Shown: positions 8,227-18,720, counted from the stretch's first letter. The stretch: 64,000 nt of DNA from an uncultured Muribaculaceae bacterium (GCA_910577315.1 CAJTME010000004.1:105732-169731); one strand, 5' to 3'. The notes: a model not told the origin generated them from the sequence alone. Numbers and translations: made by a program.

Positions 8227-10526
8227 TGAGTGAATATCTCGATCAACTCAATGATCAACAGCGTGCGGCAGTTGAATATATCGACGGCCCACAGCTTGTC
8301 ATTGCCGGCGCTGGGTCTGGCAAAACTCGTGTCCTGACCTATAAAATCGTACATCTGTTGGCCAAGGGTTACGAACCAAACCGTATCCTGGCATTGACGT
8401 TCACAAACAAGGCTGCCCGCGAGATGCGCGAGCGTATCCAGTCACTTGTTGGAGAGAAAACTGCCGCTCGCCTTTGGATGGGAACATTCCACAGCATTTT
8501 CTCACGTATACTGCGTCAGAATTGCGAGCGCATCGGTTTTTCGAGAAACTACACCATATATGATACGTCCGACGCTAAATCCCTGATAAAGATGATTGTC
8601 AAGGACATGGAGCTGGATGAGAAGAAATATAAGATTTCCACCATACAGAACACCATATCCTGGGCAAAGAACGCGCTTATATCTCCCGAAGCTTATGCTG
8701 AAGACCGGGAACTGAGGGAGAGCGACAGCCGTGCCGGGCGCGGACGTATGGCCGAGATTTACAAAGGATATATGGCACGCTGCCGCGTGGCGGATGCAAT
8801 GGATTTCGACGACCTGCTGTATTATACTGCCGTGCTCTTGCGGGACAATCCCGAGGTGTTGCGTCACTATCGGGAGTATTTCCGTTACGTGCTGGTCGAC
8901 GAGTATCAGGACACCAACTTCGCGCAGAACTACATAATGACGATGCTCACACGCGGCATCGGTAATGTGTGTGTCGTGGGTGACGATGCCCAAAGCATCT
9001 ATTCGTTCCGTGGCGCCAACATTAAGAATATACTCGAGCTTAAAAAGTCGTATCCCAATCTGCTGACTTTCAAACTCGAGCAAAACTATCGTTCGACGCA
9101 AAACATAATAAATGCCGCCAACAGCCTCATTGACAAGAACGAGCGCCAGATTCGCAAGCAGGTGTTCTCGCTCAACGACGCCGGCGAGCGCGTTGAGGTG
9201 CAGGCCGGCCATTCCGATTATGACGAGGCCGGGCTGGTGGCGAGCCGCATCGTGGTGCAACGTGCCCGCACGGGAGATCCGCTGAGCGAATTTGCCATAC
9301 TGTACCGCACTAACGCCCAGTCGCGCGTGCTTGAAGAAGCTTTGCGCCGCCGCAATATCCTCTATAAGATTTACGGTGGCCTTGCATTCTACCAGCGCAA
9401 GGAGGTGAAGGATGCCATCAGCTATTTCAGAATGGCCATCAACCCTGACGATGACGAGGCTCTCAAGCGTGTAATCAATACTCCTGCGCGGGGTATTGGA
9501 GCCACCACCATCGGCAAAATCAGTTCGGCAGCCCTTGCATCCGGCGTCAGCATGTTTTCGGTCATAACCGATCCGGCGGAATACAAGCTTGACGTAAATT
9601 CCGGCACTCTTAAAAAACTGCGTGGATTCGTTGAAATAATTTCGGATTTCAGGGCCGCAAGCCATACGATGAACGCGGAGGAACTCGCGCGGCATATTAT
9701 CACCCGTACAGGGCTTCTCAGCCAATATCTTTCGGAAAACACTCCCGAGAATATTTCGAAAGTGCAGAACCTTGAGGAGCTGTTGAAAAGCGCCCACGAG
9801 TTTGTTGAGGAAAACACGGAGGAAGATGCCGGGACGGACACGACAATGAGCCAGTTCCTTGCCAGCGTGTCATTGCAGACCGACCAGGATTCCGAGGATC
9901 CGGCGCTTGCCGATTCCGTGACCCTGATGACCATTCATGCCGCCAAAGGCCTGGAATTTTCAAACATATTTGTTGTTGGCGTCGAGGAAGACCTGTTGCC
10001 ATCGGCCATGAGCCATGCCTCGCCCGACGATGTTGAGGAAGAGCGGCGGTTGTTTTATGTCGCCATCACCAGGGCAAAACGTTTCTGCATGCTGTCCTAT
10101 GCTTCAAGCCGTTATCTGAACGGACAGACGATGGTGTGCCGTCCGTCAAGATTCATCAAGGATATAAATCCGCAATATTTGAAATTCTCGTATGGAGCCG
10201 AGAATCTCGCATTTCTGAACCATTTCGAGACCGCGCGTCCCAAAATGCGCCCGGCCGTAGAAAGCCGTCCCGCACCCACGCGGATTTCCCGCTTGCCCGA
10301 AAGGCATGACAGTCCCGCTCCCTCTTCCGCCGTGGGTGCCGAAGGCATGCACAAGGCATCCGAACTGGCAGTCGGGATGAGGATACTCCATTCAAGATTC
10401 GGATGTGGAACCATCGAAAGTGTCGAGATAAAGGACATAGGCGAAGTGGCCATGGTGAAGTTTGATAATGATCCGGCCACGCGAAAGCTGCTGCTGAAAT
10501 TTGCGAAATTCAAAATCATGGAATAA
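8226..10526 (+). CDS. pcrA: ATP-dependent DNA helicase UvrD/PcrA
   Basis: AGAGSGKT, LTFTNKAA, VDEYQDTN, VGDDAQSIYSFRGA, EQNYRST, TIHAAKGLEF, EERRLFYVAITRA. Confidence 0.95.
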   Translation: MSEYLDQLNDQQRAAVEYIDGPQLVIAGAGSGKTRVLTYKIVHLLAKGYEPNRILALTFTNKAAREMRERIQSLVGEKTAARLWMGTFHSIFSRILRQNCERIGFSRNYTIYDTSDAKSLIKMIVKDMELDEKKYKISTIQNTISWAKNALISPEAYAEDRELRESDSRAGRGRMAEIYKGYMARCRVADAMDFDDLLYYTAVLLRDNPEVLRHYREYFRYVLVDEYQDTNFAQNYIMTMLTRGIGNVCVVGDDAQSIYSFRGANIKNILELKKSYPNLLTFKLEQNYRSTQNIINAANSLIDKNERQIRKQVFSLNDAGERVEVQAGHSDYDEAGLVASRIVVQRARTGDPLSEFAILYRTNAQSRVLEEALRRRNILYKIYGGLAFYQRKEVKDAISYFRMAINPDDDEALKRVINTPARGIGATTIGKISSAALASGVSMFSVITDPAEYKLDVNSGTLKKLRGFVEIISDFRAASHTMNAEELARHIITRTGLLSQYLSENTPENISKVQNLEELLKSAHEFVEENTEEDAGTDTTMSQFLASVSLQTDQDSEDPALADSVTLMTIHAAKGLEFSNIFVVGVEEDLLPSAMSHASPDDVEEERRLFYVAITRAKRFCMLSYASSRYLNGQTMVCRPSRFIKDINPQYLKFSYGAENLAFLNHFETARPKMRPAVESRPAPTRISRLPERHDSPAPSSAVGAEGMHKASELAVGMRILHSRFGCGTIESVEIKDIGEVAMVKFDNDPATRKLLLKFAKFKIME

Positions 10527-11689
10527 TGAACACGACAACAATCAACGATATACCGACACCGGCATTTGTGGTGTATGAAGACCGCCTGCGTCGCAATCTC
10601 AGCCTAATCGACTCGGTAAAGCGCCGTGCGGGCGTGGATATAATAATGGCTTTCAAAGCCAACGCTTTGTGGCGTACGTTTCCCATCATAGCTGAATATT
10701 GCCGCAATTCCACCGCCAGTTCGCTCAACGAACTGAGACTCGGACGGGAGTTTCTCGGTGGGGAAGTCCACAGCTATTGTCCGGCATATACCACGCAGAC
10801 AATTGACGAGTATATCGCGGGCAGCTCGCACATCACCTTCAATTCCGTAAGCCAGTATGAACGTTTCGCTTCAAAACTGCGCGAATACAATTCTGATTCG
10901 GGACGCCATGTGTCTCCCGGCCTACGTGTCAATCCTAAATGTTCGGTAATTGAAACTGATATTTACAATCCGGCCCTTCCGGGTTCGCGCTTCGGTGTCG
11001 ATGCCGACCATCTTGGCGAGCGGCTGCCCGAAGGCATCGAAGGCTTGCATTTTCATGCCTTATGCGAGTCGTCGAGCCACGACCTCGAAAAGGTGCTCGG
11101 AGCCTTTGAGCAGCAGTTCGGAAAGTATCTGCCGCAAGTGAAATGGGTCAATATGGGCGGCGGCCATCTTATGACACGCGAGGGATATGATGTGGACCAT
11201 CTTGTGAAAATCCTGACAGAATTCCGTGGCCGGTATCCATGGCTGAAAGTGATTCTCGAACCCGGCAGCGCGTTTACCTGGCGCACGGGCGATTTGCTTA
11301 CGTCGGTGGTTGATGTCGTTGAGAACGATGGAGTCAGCACCGCAATAATCGACGCATCTTTCGCATGCCACATGCCCGACACACTCGAGATGCCCTATAA
11401 ACCGTTGATAACTGAAAGCCTCGGCCAAGATGCCGTGGAAGGCATGCCGACTTACCGTCTCGGCGGAAATTCCTGCCTCAGCGGTGATTTTATGGGTGAC
11501 TGGAGTTTCCCAACGCCGCTGAAAATCGACGACAGGCTCACCCTTGAGGACATGAACCATTACACTACGGTAAAGACCACCATGTTCAACGGCATCCAGC
11601 ATCCGTCGATATGGCTCGTTAGGGCTGACGGCACCGCTGAGGAACTGCGCCGCTACTCGTACGAAGATTATAAATCCAGAATGAGCTGA
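10526..11689 (+). CDS. nspC: Carboxynorspermidine decarboxylase
   Basis: PLP fold-III; MAFKA, PGLRVNP, GLHFHALCE, VNMGGGH, ILEPG, HMPDTLEMPY, HYTTVKTTMFNG. Confidence 0.93.
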   Translation: MNTTTINDIPTPAFVVYEDRLRRNLSLIDSVKRRAGVDIIMAFKANALWRTFPIIAEYCRNSTASSLNELRLGREFLGGEVHSYCPAYTTQTIDEYIAGSSHITFNSVSQYERFASKLREYNSDSGRHVSPGLRVNPKCSVIETDIYNPALPGSRFGVDADHLGERLPEGIEGLHFHALCESSSHDLEKVLGAFEQQFGKYLPQVKWVNMGGGHLMTREGYDVDHLVKILTEFRGRYPWLKVILEPGSAFTWRTGDLLTSVVDVVENDGVSTAIIDASFACHMPDTLEMPYKPLITESLGQDAVEGMPTYRLGGNSCLSGDFMGDWSFPTPLKIDDRLTLEDMNHYTTVKTTMFNGIQHPSIWLVRADGTAEELRRYSYEDYKSRMS

Positions 11690-11693
11690 CTGT

Positions 11694-12689
11694 ATGAAAT
11701 TCTCAATCATTGTTCCCGTATACAACCGCATTGATGAAGTGCACGAATTGCTGGCGAGCCTTGAGGCCCAGAGCGTGAAAAATTTTGAAGTCATCCTTGT
11801 TGAGGACGGCTCCACGGAGCCGTGCGGTGCCGAGGCTGAAGCCGCAGCCGCGCGGGGACTTGATGTGAAATATTTTTTCAAGGCCAACGAGGGCCGGTCA
11901 ATAGCCCGCAACTATGGTATGGAACGGGCTGACGGTGACTATCTGGTGTTCTTTGATTCGGACTGCGTCATTCCACCCGACTATTTCAAGAACCTTGAAA
12001 AGGAGCTGGCGCGTAAACCGGTTGATTGTTTCGGCGGTCCGGATGCCGCACATGAATCTTTTTCCGACACCCAGAAGGCCATAAATTACTCGATGACATC
12101 GTTTCTTACCACCGGAGGAATCCGCGGCGGTAAGATTCAGCTTGATAAGTTCGTGCCACGCACGTTCAACATGGGCTTCTCGCGTGGTGTATATGAGGGT
12201 GTTGGGGGCTTCCGCGAGATGTTTTCCGAGGATATTGACATGAGCACCCGAATCCGCAACGCCGGTTTTTCCATTGGGCTTATTCAAAATCCTGTATGGC
12301 ACAAACGCCGTGTGGATTTCAGGAAATTCTTCCGTCAGGTGTATGTATTCGGCAAATCGCGTGTTACGCTTAAATTGCTTTATCCCGGCTCGCTGAAAGC
12401 CGTGCATCTGCTTCCTGCAGTATTTGTTCTTGGAGTTGTTGCGCTCATATTGCTGGGGATTTTTGTAAGTCCCTGGTTTCTGCTTCCGCTCGGGGTGTAT
12501 TTTCTTGCCGTCTTTGCCGGTGCCCTGATTGCTACCCGACGCTTGAAGATAGCCGCCATGTCCGTACCTGCCGCCATCATTCAGCTCGGAGGCTATGGAA
12601 TAGGATTCATTCAGGATTACACAACCAAGATACTCCTCGGCCGTGGCCGCAACCTTGACGAGGAAATCATCATGCGCAAGGGAAAATGA
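11694..12689 (+). CDS. Glycosyltransferase family 2
   Basis: FSIIVPVYN, VEDGS, FFDSD, SEDIDM; C-terminal hydrophobic segments. Confidence 0.9.
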   Translation: MKFSIIVPVYNRIDEVHELLASLEAQSVKNFEVILVEDGSTEPCGAEAEAAAARGLDVKYFFKANEGRSIARNYGMERADGDYLVFFDSDCVIPPDYFKNLEKELARKPVDCFGGPDAAHESFSDTQKAINYSMTSFLTTGGIRGGKIQLDKFVPRTFNMGFSRGVYEGVGGFREMFSEDIDMSTRIRNAGFSIGLIQNPVWHKRRVDFRKFFRQVYVFGKSRVTLKLLYPGSLKAVHLLPAVFVLGVVALILLGIFVSPWFLLPLGVYFLAVFAGALIATRRLKIAAMSVPAAIIQLGGYGIGFIQDYTTKILLGRGRNLDEEIIMRKGK

Positions 12690-13387
12690 GCGGCGAGATA
12701 CTCATACGCGACATGGCCGAAGACCAGCGGCCGCGCGAGAAAGCCCTGCGGCACGGCATAAAGTCGCTGAGCAACGCGGAACTGATGGCCATACTTTTCG
12801 GCACCGGCATGCGCGGAAAATCAGTTATCACCCTCAGCGAAGAGATTCTGCGCGACAACGACAACCATCTTTCGCGGGTGGCGCGTCTGTCCGTTAAGGA
12901 TTTCATGAACCGTTACAAGGGAGTCGGAATGGCCAAAGCCATTTCAATCCTCGCCGCGCTCGAGCTTGGCAGCCGTTCGGCAGCCGATGCGGCTTCAATT
13001 ACTCAGCCGGTCATCAACAGCTCCAAGATTGCCGTCGAGGTGATGAGACACCATTTTGAGCGACTGCCCCATGAGGAGTTTTGGATTATGCTGCTGTCAC
13101 AGGCAGGCAAGGTTATCCGCGAAGTGTGCGTGTCGCGCGGAGGCATTTCGCTGACGGCGGTCGATGTGAAACTTATACTCAAGAGCGCAATCGAGAACTA
13201 TGCTTCGGCAATGATTCTTTTCCATAATCACCCCTCGGGAGCGTTGAAGCCATCACCACAGGACGATGCGCTGACACGCAAAATCTGCGAGGCCGCACGC
13301 CTTCTCGACATCCGCGTCAACGACCATATAATCATAACTGACGGGGCCCATTATTCCTACCACGACAACGGACTCATGCCCGGATAA
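12686..13387 (+). CDS. radC: RadC/JAB-domain protein
   Basis: RPREKAL..GIKSLSNAEL, GVGMAKA HhH, HNHPSG..PSPQD, DHIII. Confidence 0.95.
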   Translation: MSGEILIRDMAEDQRPREKALRHGIKSLSNAELMAILFGTGMRGKSVITLSEEILRDNDNHLSRVARLSVKDFMNRYKGVGMAKAISILAALELGSRSAADAASITQPVINSSKIAVEVMRHHFERLPHEEFWIMLLSQAGKVIREVCVSRGGISLTAVDVKLILKSAIENYASAMILFHNHPSGALKPSPQDDALTRKICEAARLLDIRVNDHIIITDGAHYSYHDNGLMPG

Positions 13388-13390
13388 ATC

Positions 13391-14047
13391 TCAAATCTCT
13401 ATTTTCTCGCCAAGGAAGTGCGGGCGTTTGCCAAACCAAAGATCGAGCATCATCTTGTCGCGGGCGAGCCACTCGCGCAGCGTAAGGCGGATTCGCACGG
13501 CACGGCCTGAGCGAATGGGAGCAGAGACGGCAACTGCTTCGATGCCGTTGGAGCGGGCGATATAAAGTGCGCGGGCGTTGTGGTCGGCCTGCGAAATTAT
13601 TGTGAGCGAGTCACAGCCAAAGACCTCCTTGGCCCTCACGACAGAATCAAGAGTACGAAATCCGGCGAAATCAAGCACAATGCGGTTCTGAGGCACTCCG
13701 AGTGCCATCAGTGAATCCTGCATCGCCGTCGGCTCGTCATATTCTTTTGTGTGATTGTCTCCGCTGGCGATGATATAATCAATCTTACCGGCTTGATACA
13801 GATCGGCAGCCGTACGGATGCGGTTAGTGAAATATGTATTGGTCCGTCCATACCTGTTTCTGGGATTGGTTCCGAGCAGCAACCCTACTCTATTGTGCGG
13901 CACGTTTTGGATTTCCGTGAAGATGTGCCCCTCGGCCAAGCTCACAACAGTCATGTTGGCGTAGATTGTAAACGCGACAACAGCAGCCGTCAAGACAACT
14001 ATTACAAGCAAGACGCGCTTCAGCATTACATTGTGTTTTGATTTCAT
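13391..14047 (-). CDS. sanA: SanA/YdcF (DUF218) family protein
   Basis: N-terminal TM helix; LLLGT, ASGDN...YDEP, DFAGFRTLDSVVRAKEVF, ISQADHNARA, REWLAR. Confidence 0.88.
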   Translation of the reverse strand: MKSKHNVMLKRVLLVIVVLTAAVVAFTIYANMTVVSLAEGHIFTEIQNVPHNRVGLLLGTNPRNRYGRTNTYFTNRIRTAADLYQAGKIDYIIASGDNHTKEYDEPTAMQDSLMALGVPQNRIVLDFAGFRTLDSVVRAKEVFGCDSLTIISQADHNARALYIARSNGIEAVAVSAPIRSGRAVRIRLTLREWLARDKMMLDLWFGKRPHFLGEKIEI

Positions 14048-14057
14048 GGCCGGTGAA

Positions 14058-16724
14058 TTATCTGATTCTGAAAGCGCCGCTTCCTTGCGTAAAGTCCTTG
14101 CAATATACCTTGACCGGACATATTCCGCCGTCATCCATTTTCAAAAGAGAATCAAGAACGCCCTCCTCATTAAGATATTTGGAGAATGCAGGGCCGTCGT
14201 AAAGCAGCAGGTCGATATAGCCCAGCCCCATGGCACCGTATGCGCCTCCCAACAGGCGGCCTTTCAGCGCTCCACTTTTAAACAGCTCGTCAAGACGGTC
14301 TTCAACCTTGTATCTGAAATCGATGAACTCTTTGGCGTCCATACTTTCAGGTTGTGCGATAATCAGCATCATGGCCTCAGCACCTTTCGATGCAAGGGCA
14401 TCAAAAATTGCCCGCTCTCCACTGACATATTCCTCGATGAGAGCTAAGTATTGTGTAGTTCCGCAGACGATGTCAAATCTAAGGCGGTCTTCGTCTTCAT
14501 CGGGTTTGCAACTGTACGAGCAGTATGGGAGCAACGGGGTTGAGCTGTATTCTTTCTCATGGAAGTCAACGGCTGCCCGCATTTTGTCTTCGAGTTCTCC
14601 GATGGAGTACATTCCTTCGGGTGAAGCGGCCTGCTGAACATTGGCGATGTAATTATGTGCGGCGCCCTCGCCGATGGTAAGTTCGAGAATGACGCAGAAC
14701 GCATTCATGCTGTCCGGCTCGTCAAGTTGGGCGAGTACCGGGTGATGATAGCTTAACGCAAAATTATTGTTGTCGGAATCATAAATCGCCTTGACCATGA
14801 CTTCCGAAACATTTACGTCCTTGTCATACATCACGAAACGGAACTGCGAAGTGTCAGCTGGCTGCTTGCAGGGATAGACCGCCCACCGTTCCTTCAATGA
14901 TTCGGGCATGGCATCCACGAGCCACGGATAAAGGAAATAACATTCAGTATGGCTCTCGACGCAGAACGTAAGCTCATTGTGTCCCCCGATGTTGTAAAAG
15001 ACATTATTTCCGATCAAGGCGAGACCTTCCGACATTATTGCGCTGGTTTTCTCATGCCAATCGGGCGGCGTTGTGGCCAGCAAGTTCTCCAACTCTTCGC
15101 TGTGGCTGCAGAACCAATCCCAGAATCGCTTTACCCTTTCGGAGAACGGATTGTGGATTTTGCATTGGGAGATGAACCACAAGGTGTCATCATCATCAGG
15201 CTCTATCTTATCCGCTTTTTCAAAGAAACGCAAAGACTCGTCATAGTTGCCGAGATAGTAGTGGGAGTATCCGAGACGGAAATTCCAGTTTGCGGTTGTT
15301 TGTTGAGTGTCTTGGGTTTCAAGCAAAAGCGGAATTGCCTTTTCATATTCTCCGATATTGTTGTATGCCCTTGCAAGCTGTCCTTTAAGTTCATCGGTCA
15401 GTTGTTCGGGCGGAAGTTTCAGGAGCATGTCAACAACCTCGGCATGGCGGTCCTCCGAGGTCATTCCGTCGATTATCCGCGCCCAGTCGCGCTGCGCGGC
15501 TGTAAGTCCCGCCACGAAATCCCTTGTCAGTTCCACCACGCTTTCCTTATCGTGGCATGTCGGAGATGAGAGGGTGAATAGAGAGAACTGTTCATCACTC
15601 AGCACCTGCACCTGGGCGACCTGTGCATCACCGTCATCTCCCAAATAGCTCAACATGTATCGTCCATTGGGAATTTCGCCGGTTTCGATGACGTCGTCCT
15701 TTTCATTTTCGATGAACTTCAGTTGTTCGGGCTGCAAGGAGACGGCGAATGTGCGTATGACATCCGAGTCACCGTATCCTCCCCAGTAACCTTGGCTGCC
15801 TTCGTCGTCAAAAAATAGGTAGTTGCCGGGGATGGGGAAAGTCACGTTGCCGAGTTTCATCCTTACCGGGTGCTTTCTGAAGCCGATGGGATAATCGCTC
15901 GGTAAGTCGGCAATACCGTCAAGATTGGCCGGAGTTTGTCCGGCCAAGGAGCAAAGTTCGAGATATTCGGCATGCGGTATGGGCAAACCGGCTTTTATCG
16001 CAGTTTCAAGCCCGGCAATAATTCTTGAGTTGATGTCAGCGTCCTCATCGCTTCTTGACGATGGACAGAAGCTGCATTTTACCCACAACATATAGAGGGC
16101 ATCGTAGAAGGCCAATCGGGCTCTGTCGATTTTCTGCTCCCAACAAGGAAAGAATCTCTCGGCGAGGCTTTCAATCCCCTCGCTGTCGACTGAGTTCAAA
16201 AGGCCGGTGATGTTGAGTCTTCCAAATGGAGTCACGACCGAACCGGGAATATCGCATGGAATGGGCCATGACAATTCCCAATTCAGCATCAGGTTGTTAT
16301 GGTCTCCTGATTCTTTTGATTTGAGTATCTGTACGATTTGTTTGAGCCATCCGCAGAAATGTTGGGTGCGCATATTCTCAAAATCTCTTTCATAATAGAA
16401 TTGAGTGTCATCCTCCACCTCAAATTCAATTTCCGTCAAATCAGTTATCGCATCCAATAAATCAACTACCAGGCAATGAAATCCCGGGCCCAAAACCGAC
16501 GTCTGGCTGTCGATGGCAATTATTTTACCATCAGGTTCTGTCTGGTAAGTGATGTTGACAACACCGTTGTCGGTAAAGTTCAATGTGATGGATTTATCTT
16601 TGTTATCGCAACTGAATGAGAATCCCGCATGATTGGCGATGGGACGGATTGCTGCGGTCAGTTTGTTAAAATTCAGTATTGCGCCTGTCGATTTCGCGGT
16701 TATGCCAATGCTCATGTTATTCAA
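14058..16724 (-). CDS. Multidomain TPR-containing protein, immunity-protein-like
   Basis: 888 aa; LARAYNN...WNFRLGYSHYYL...EPDDDD TPR module followed by FSERVKRFWDWF domain. Confidence 0.75.
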   Translation of the reverse strand: MNNMSIGITAKSTGAILNFNKLTAAIRPIANHAGFSFSCDNKDKSITLNFTDNGVVNITYQTEPDGKIIAIDSQTSVLGPGFHCLVVDLLDAITDLTEIEFEVEDDTQFYYERDFENMRTQHFCGWLKQIVQILKSKESGDHNNLMLNWELSWPIPCDIPGSVVTPFGRLNITGLLNSVDSEGIESLAERFFPCWEQKIDRARLAFYDALYMLWVKCSFCPSSRSDEDADINSRIIAGLETAIKAGLPIPHAEYLELCSLAGQTPANLDGIADLPSDYPIGFRKHPVRMKLGNVTFPIPGNYLFFDDEGSQGYWGGYGDSDVIRTFAVSLQPEQLKFIENEKDDVIETGEIPNGRYMLSYLGDDGDAQVAQVQVLSDEQFSLFTLSSPTCHDKESVVELTRDFVAGLTAAQRDWARIIDGMTSEDRHAEVVDMLLKLPPEQLTDELKGQLARAYNNIGEYEKAIPLLLETQDTQQTTANWNFRLGYSHYYLGNYDESLRFFEKADKIEPDDDDTLWFISQCKIHNPFSERVKRFWDWFCSHSEELENLLATTPPDWHEKTSAIMSEGLALIGNNVFYNIGGHNELTFCVESHTECYFLYPWLVDAMPESLKERWAVYPCKQPADTSQFRFVMYDKDVNVSEVMVKAIYDSDNNNFALSYHHPVLAQLDEPDSMNAFCVILELTIGEGAAHNYIANVQQAASPEGMYSIGELEDKMRAAVDFHEKEYSSTPLLPYCSYSCKPDEDEDRLRFDIVCGTTQYLALIEEYVSGERAIFDALASKGAEAMMLIIAQPESMDAKEFIDFRYKVEDRLDELFKSGALKGRLLGGAYGAMGLGYIDLLLYDGPAFSKYLNEEGVLDSLLKMDDGGICPVKVYCKDFTQGSGAFRIR

Positions 16725-16838
16725 CTTTAAACTTTATGCAAAATTAATGAAATATGAATGTAAAGCAAAAAAGTAATGGATAGATTTCGTAATTTTGCAG
16801 CGTGGAAATGTAGGATAATGGGTTATTGAATTTATCAA

Positions 16839-17339
16839 ATGAAGAAAAGCAATCTCATAATAACGGCAATGGCAAGCACGATCGGACTGCTCGTCGGGGG
16901 ATGCACTAATGGTAATCCTCCGACCGATGACGAATTGATGGCCATCTTTCTTGCCCATGAGGATGATTTTCACGATATTCACGAGATAATACGGAATGAA
17001 GCCATCGCAGAAGACGCATATTATAACGTGGAGTTTGATTCACTCAACGATCAGCGTTTCCGCAAAGGGGATTACCGCCAGCGCCTCGATTCTTTGCTCA
17101 ACGAAATCAATTGCAACGTTGTAAGGGGATATGGTCCCGGGCACAATACAATTTATTTCCTGTACTATTCAACACTCGGAGGAACTTCCAAAAAGATACT
17201 CTATGACAGGAGCCTTTCCGGAAAGGTTCAGATAACCGAAGGGCGTGAACTCAACGACATCTGTCGTGAATGTGGGGGTGATACCCTGCTGTATAAACAT
17301 ATAAAGGGAGACTGGTATATCGAACTGAACCGTGATTAG
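16839..17339 (+). CDS. Hypothetical lipoprotein
   Basis: MKKSNLIITAMASTIGLLVGGC lipobox-like signal. Confidence 0.7.
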   Translation: MKKSNLIITAMASTIGLLVGGCTNGNPPTDDELMAIFLAHEDDFHDIHEIIRNEAIAEDAYYNVEFDSLNDQRFRKGDYRQRLDSLLNEINCNVVRGYGPGHNTIYFLYYSTLGGTSKKILYDRSLSGKVQITEGRELNDICRECGGDTLLYKHIKGDWYIELNRD

Positions 17340-17689
17340 GATTGCTGGAGGCAGTCTTTGAGCACCACGGCATTGTTGTGGTCGCGGTCGTGCGAGGAAT
17401 AGAGGAGGGTCACGACGGGATGCAGCGACAATTCTTTTTTCAGCTCGATAAAAGATGGATTGGCGTGGAGTTCGTCCAAGTATCTTTCTTTGAACTCGTC
17501 CCAACGGTTTTCGGGATTGGCGTGAAACCATTCGCGCAACTCGGTGGATGGTGCGACGCCCTTGTCCCATAAGTCATAGTGGAACGTTTCGTGTGACAGG
17601 CCTCTGGGCCACAACCTGTCGATATATACGCGAAAGCCGTCAGATGCCTCGGCTTCGTCGTATGCTCTTTTTATGGAATAGGTGGTCAT
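17336..17689 (-). CDS. DUF488 (YeaO-like) protein
   Basis: IKRAYD...DGFRVYIDRLWPRGLS, VAPSTELREWF, HNNAVVL. Confidence 0.92.
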   Translation of the reverse strand: MTTYSIKRAYDEAEASDGFRVYIDRLWPRGLSHETFHYDLWDKGVAPSTELREWFHANPENRWDEFKERYLDELHANPSFIELKKELSLHPVVTLLYSSHDRDHNNAVVLKDCLQQS

Positions 17690-17752
17690 GAGTGGATGGT
17701 TTTATGTTTATAACGCCAAAGTTAATAAAAATATTACGAATGGCCATTAAAA

Positions 17753-17790
17753 ACAAGAAAATCTTCGGAATTCTCCAAAGATTTTCTTGT
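17753..17790 (-). terminator. Terminator hairpin downstream of the TlpA-like gene
   Basis: ACAAGAAAATCTT...AAGATTTTCTTGT inverted repeat with T-run on minus strand. Confidence 0.6.
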
Positions 17791-17809
17791 AAAGTTTGTA
17801 TGCCGCGTC

Positions 17810-18568
17810 TTATTTAAGTTCTCCAATTTTGTTTTTGAGTCGTTCGCGCTGCTCGGGCGATGTGCCGTATTCGACCATGGCCACGGTACCGGATTTGTCT
17901 ATCACTATTGTGAGGGGATAGCCGTTACTGCCTATAAATTCCTTGAACTGAGTGTCGTTGACAATAGGAATCCAGTTGAATGTGCCTTTGTCGAGCACCT
18001 GACGTGCCACTTCCGGCGATTCGTATGTGGACGAGAAAAACATCACCTCGGGCATCTCGTCTTTCCACCGGGACAATTCGGGCATTTCGGCGCGGCACGG
18101 ACCGCAGCCCGTGAACCATAGGTTCAGCACCATTACTTTTCCCGATACGTCGGCATTGGTCCACGTCTTTCCGTCGATGTCCCTGGCCGAAAATTCGGGG
18201 AATCTGTCTCCGGCTTTTATCATCGGCTTTTTGGCTGCAAAAGAGATGGAGTTGCCCTTGCCGTTTGCTTTGGCTTCGTTGAATCGGCGCAGAAGCTCTT
18301 CTCCTTCTTCCACTTCCCCGACAGGTATGGCAAACTTGAGTGCCTCGTCAGACAGCTGTGATGACAATGTCATTCCCAGAGCGCTGGCTCCATTAGGGGT
18401 TGACAGCATGAAGAATGCAGATGGGCCGGATTTCTCGCCATTCTTGACCTCGGCCGGCATTTCCTTGAAGAAGTATCCGTCGATGATTATTACCTTGTCT
18501 TTGGCAAGGGTCGCTGTGGCGCAAAGTACAAGCGCGACGGCGACAAAAAAATTTCTCATCAGTTTCAT
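17810..18568 (-). CDS. Exported TlpA-family thiol:disulfide oxidoreductase
   Basis: Signal peptide; GKVMVLNLWFTGCGPCRAEMPEL (CxxC), YPLTIVID. Confidence 0.88.
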   Translation of the reverse strand: MKLMRNFFVAVALVLCATATLAKDKVIIIDGYFFKEMPAEVKNGEKSGPSAFFMLSTPNGASALGMTLSSQLSDEALKFAIPVGEVEEGEELLRRFNEAKANGKGNSISFAAKKPMIKAGDRFPEFSARDIDGKTWTNADVSGKVMVLNLWFTGCGPCRAEMPELSRWKDEMPEVMFFSSTYESPEVARQVLDKGTFNWIPIVNDTQFKEFIGSNGYPLTIVIDKSGTVAMVEYGTSPEQRERLKNKIGELK

Positions 18569-18662
18569 AGTGACTAAGAATTTAGTTTCGCTGCAAAGTT
18601 AAGAAAAAATATCATAAAACGGTATTGTCGACAACTTATTTTTTAGTTATGTCAGCGAAAAA

Positions 18663-18697
18663 AGTCACGCACCTCCTGAAACGGATGATGCGTGACT
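18663..18697 (-). terminator. nrdJ terminator
   Basis: AGTCACGCA/TGCGTGACT stem followed by T-run on minus strand. Confidence 0.7.
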
Positions 18698-18720
18698 CTG
18701 TTTTGTAGCCGAATCTGCCG

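Noticed and set aside
12686..13387. radC as a marker of a mobile element
   Set aside because: Full-length chromosomal-type RadC overlapping a housekeeping operon; no mobility genes nearby
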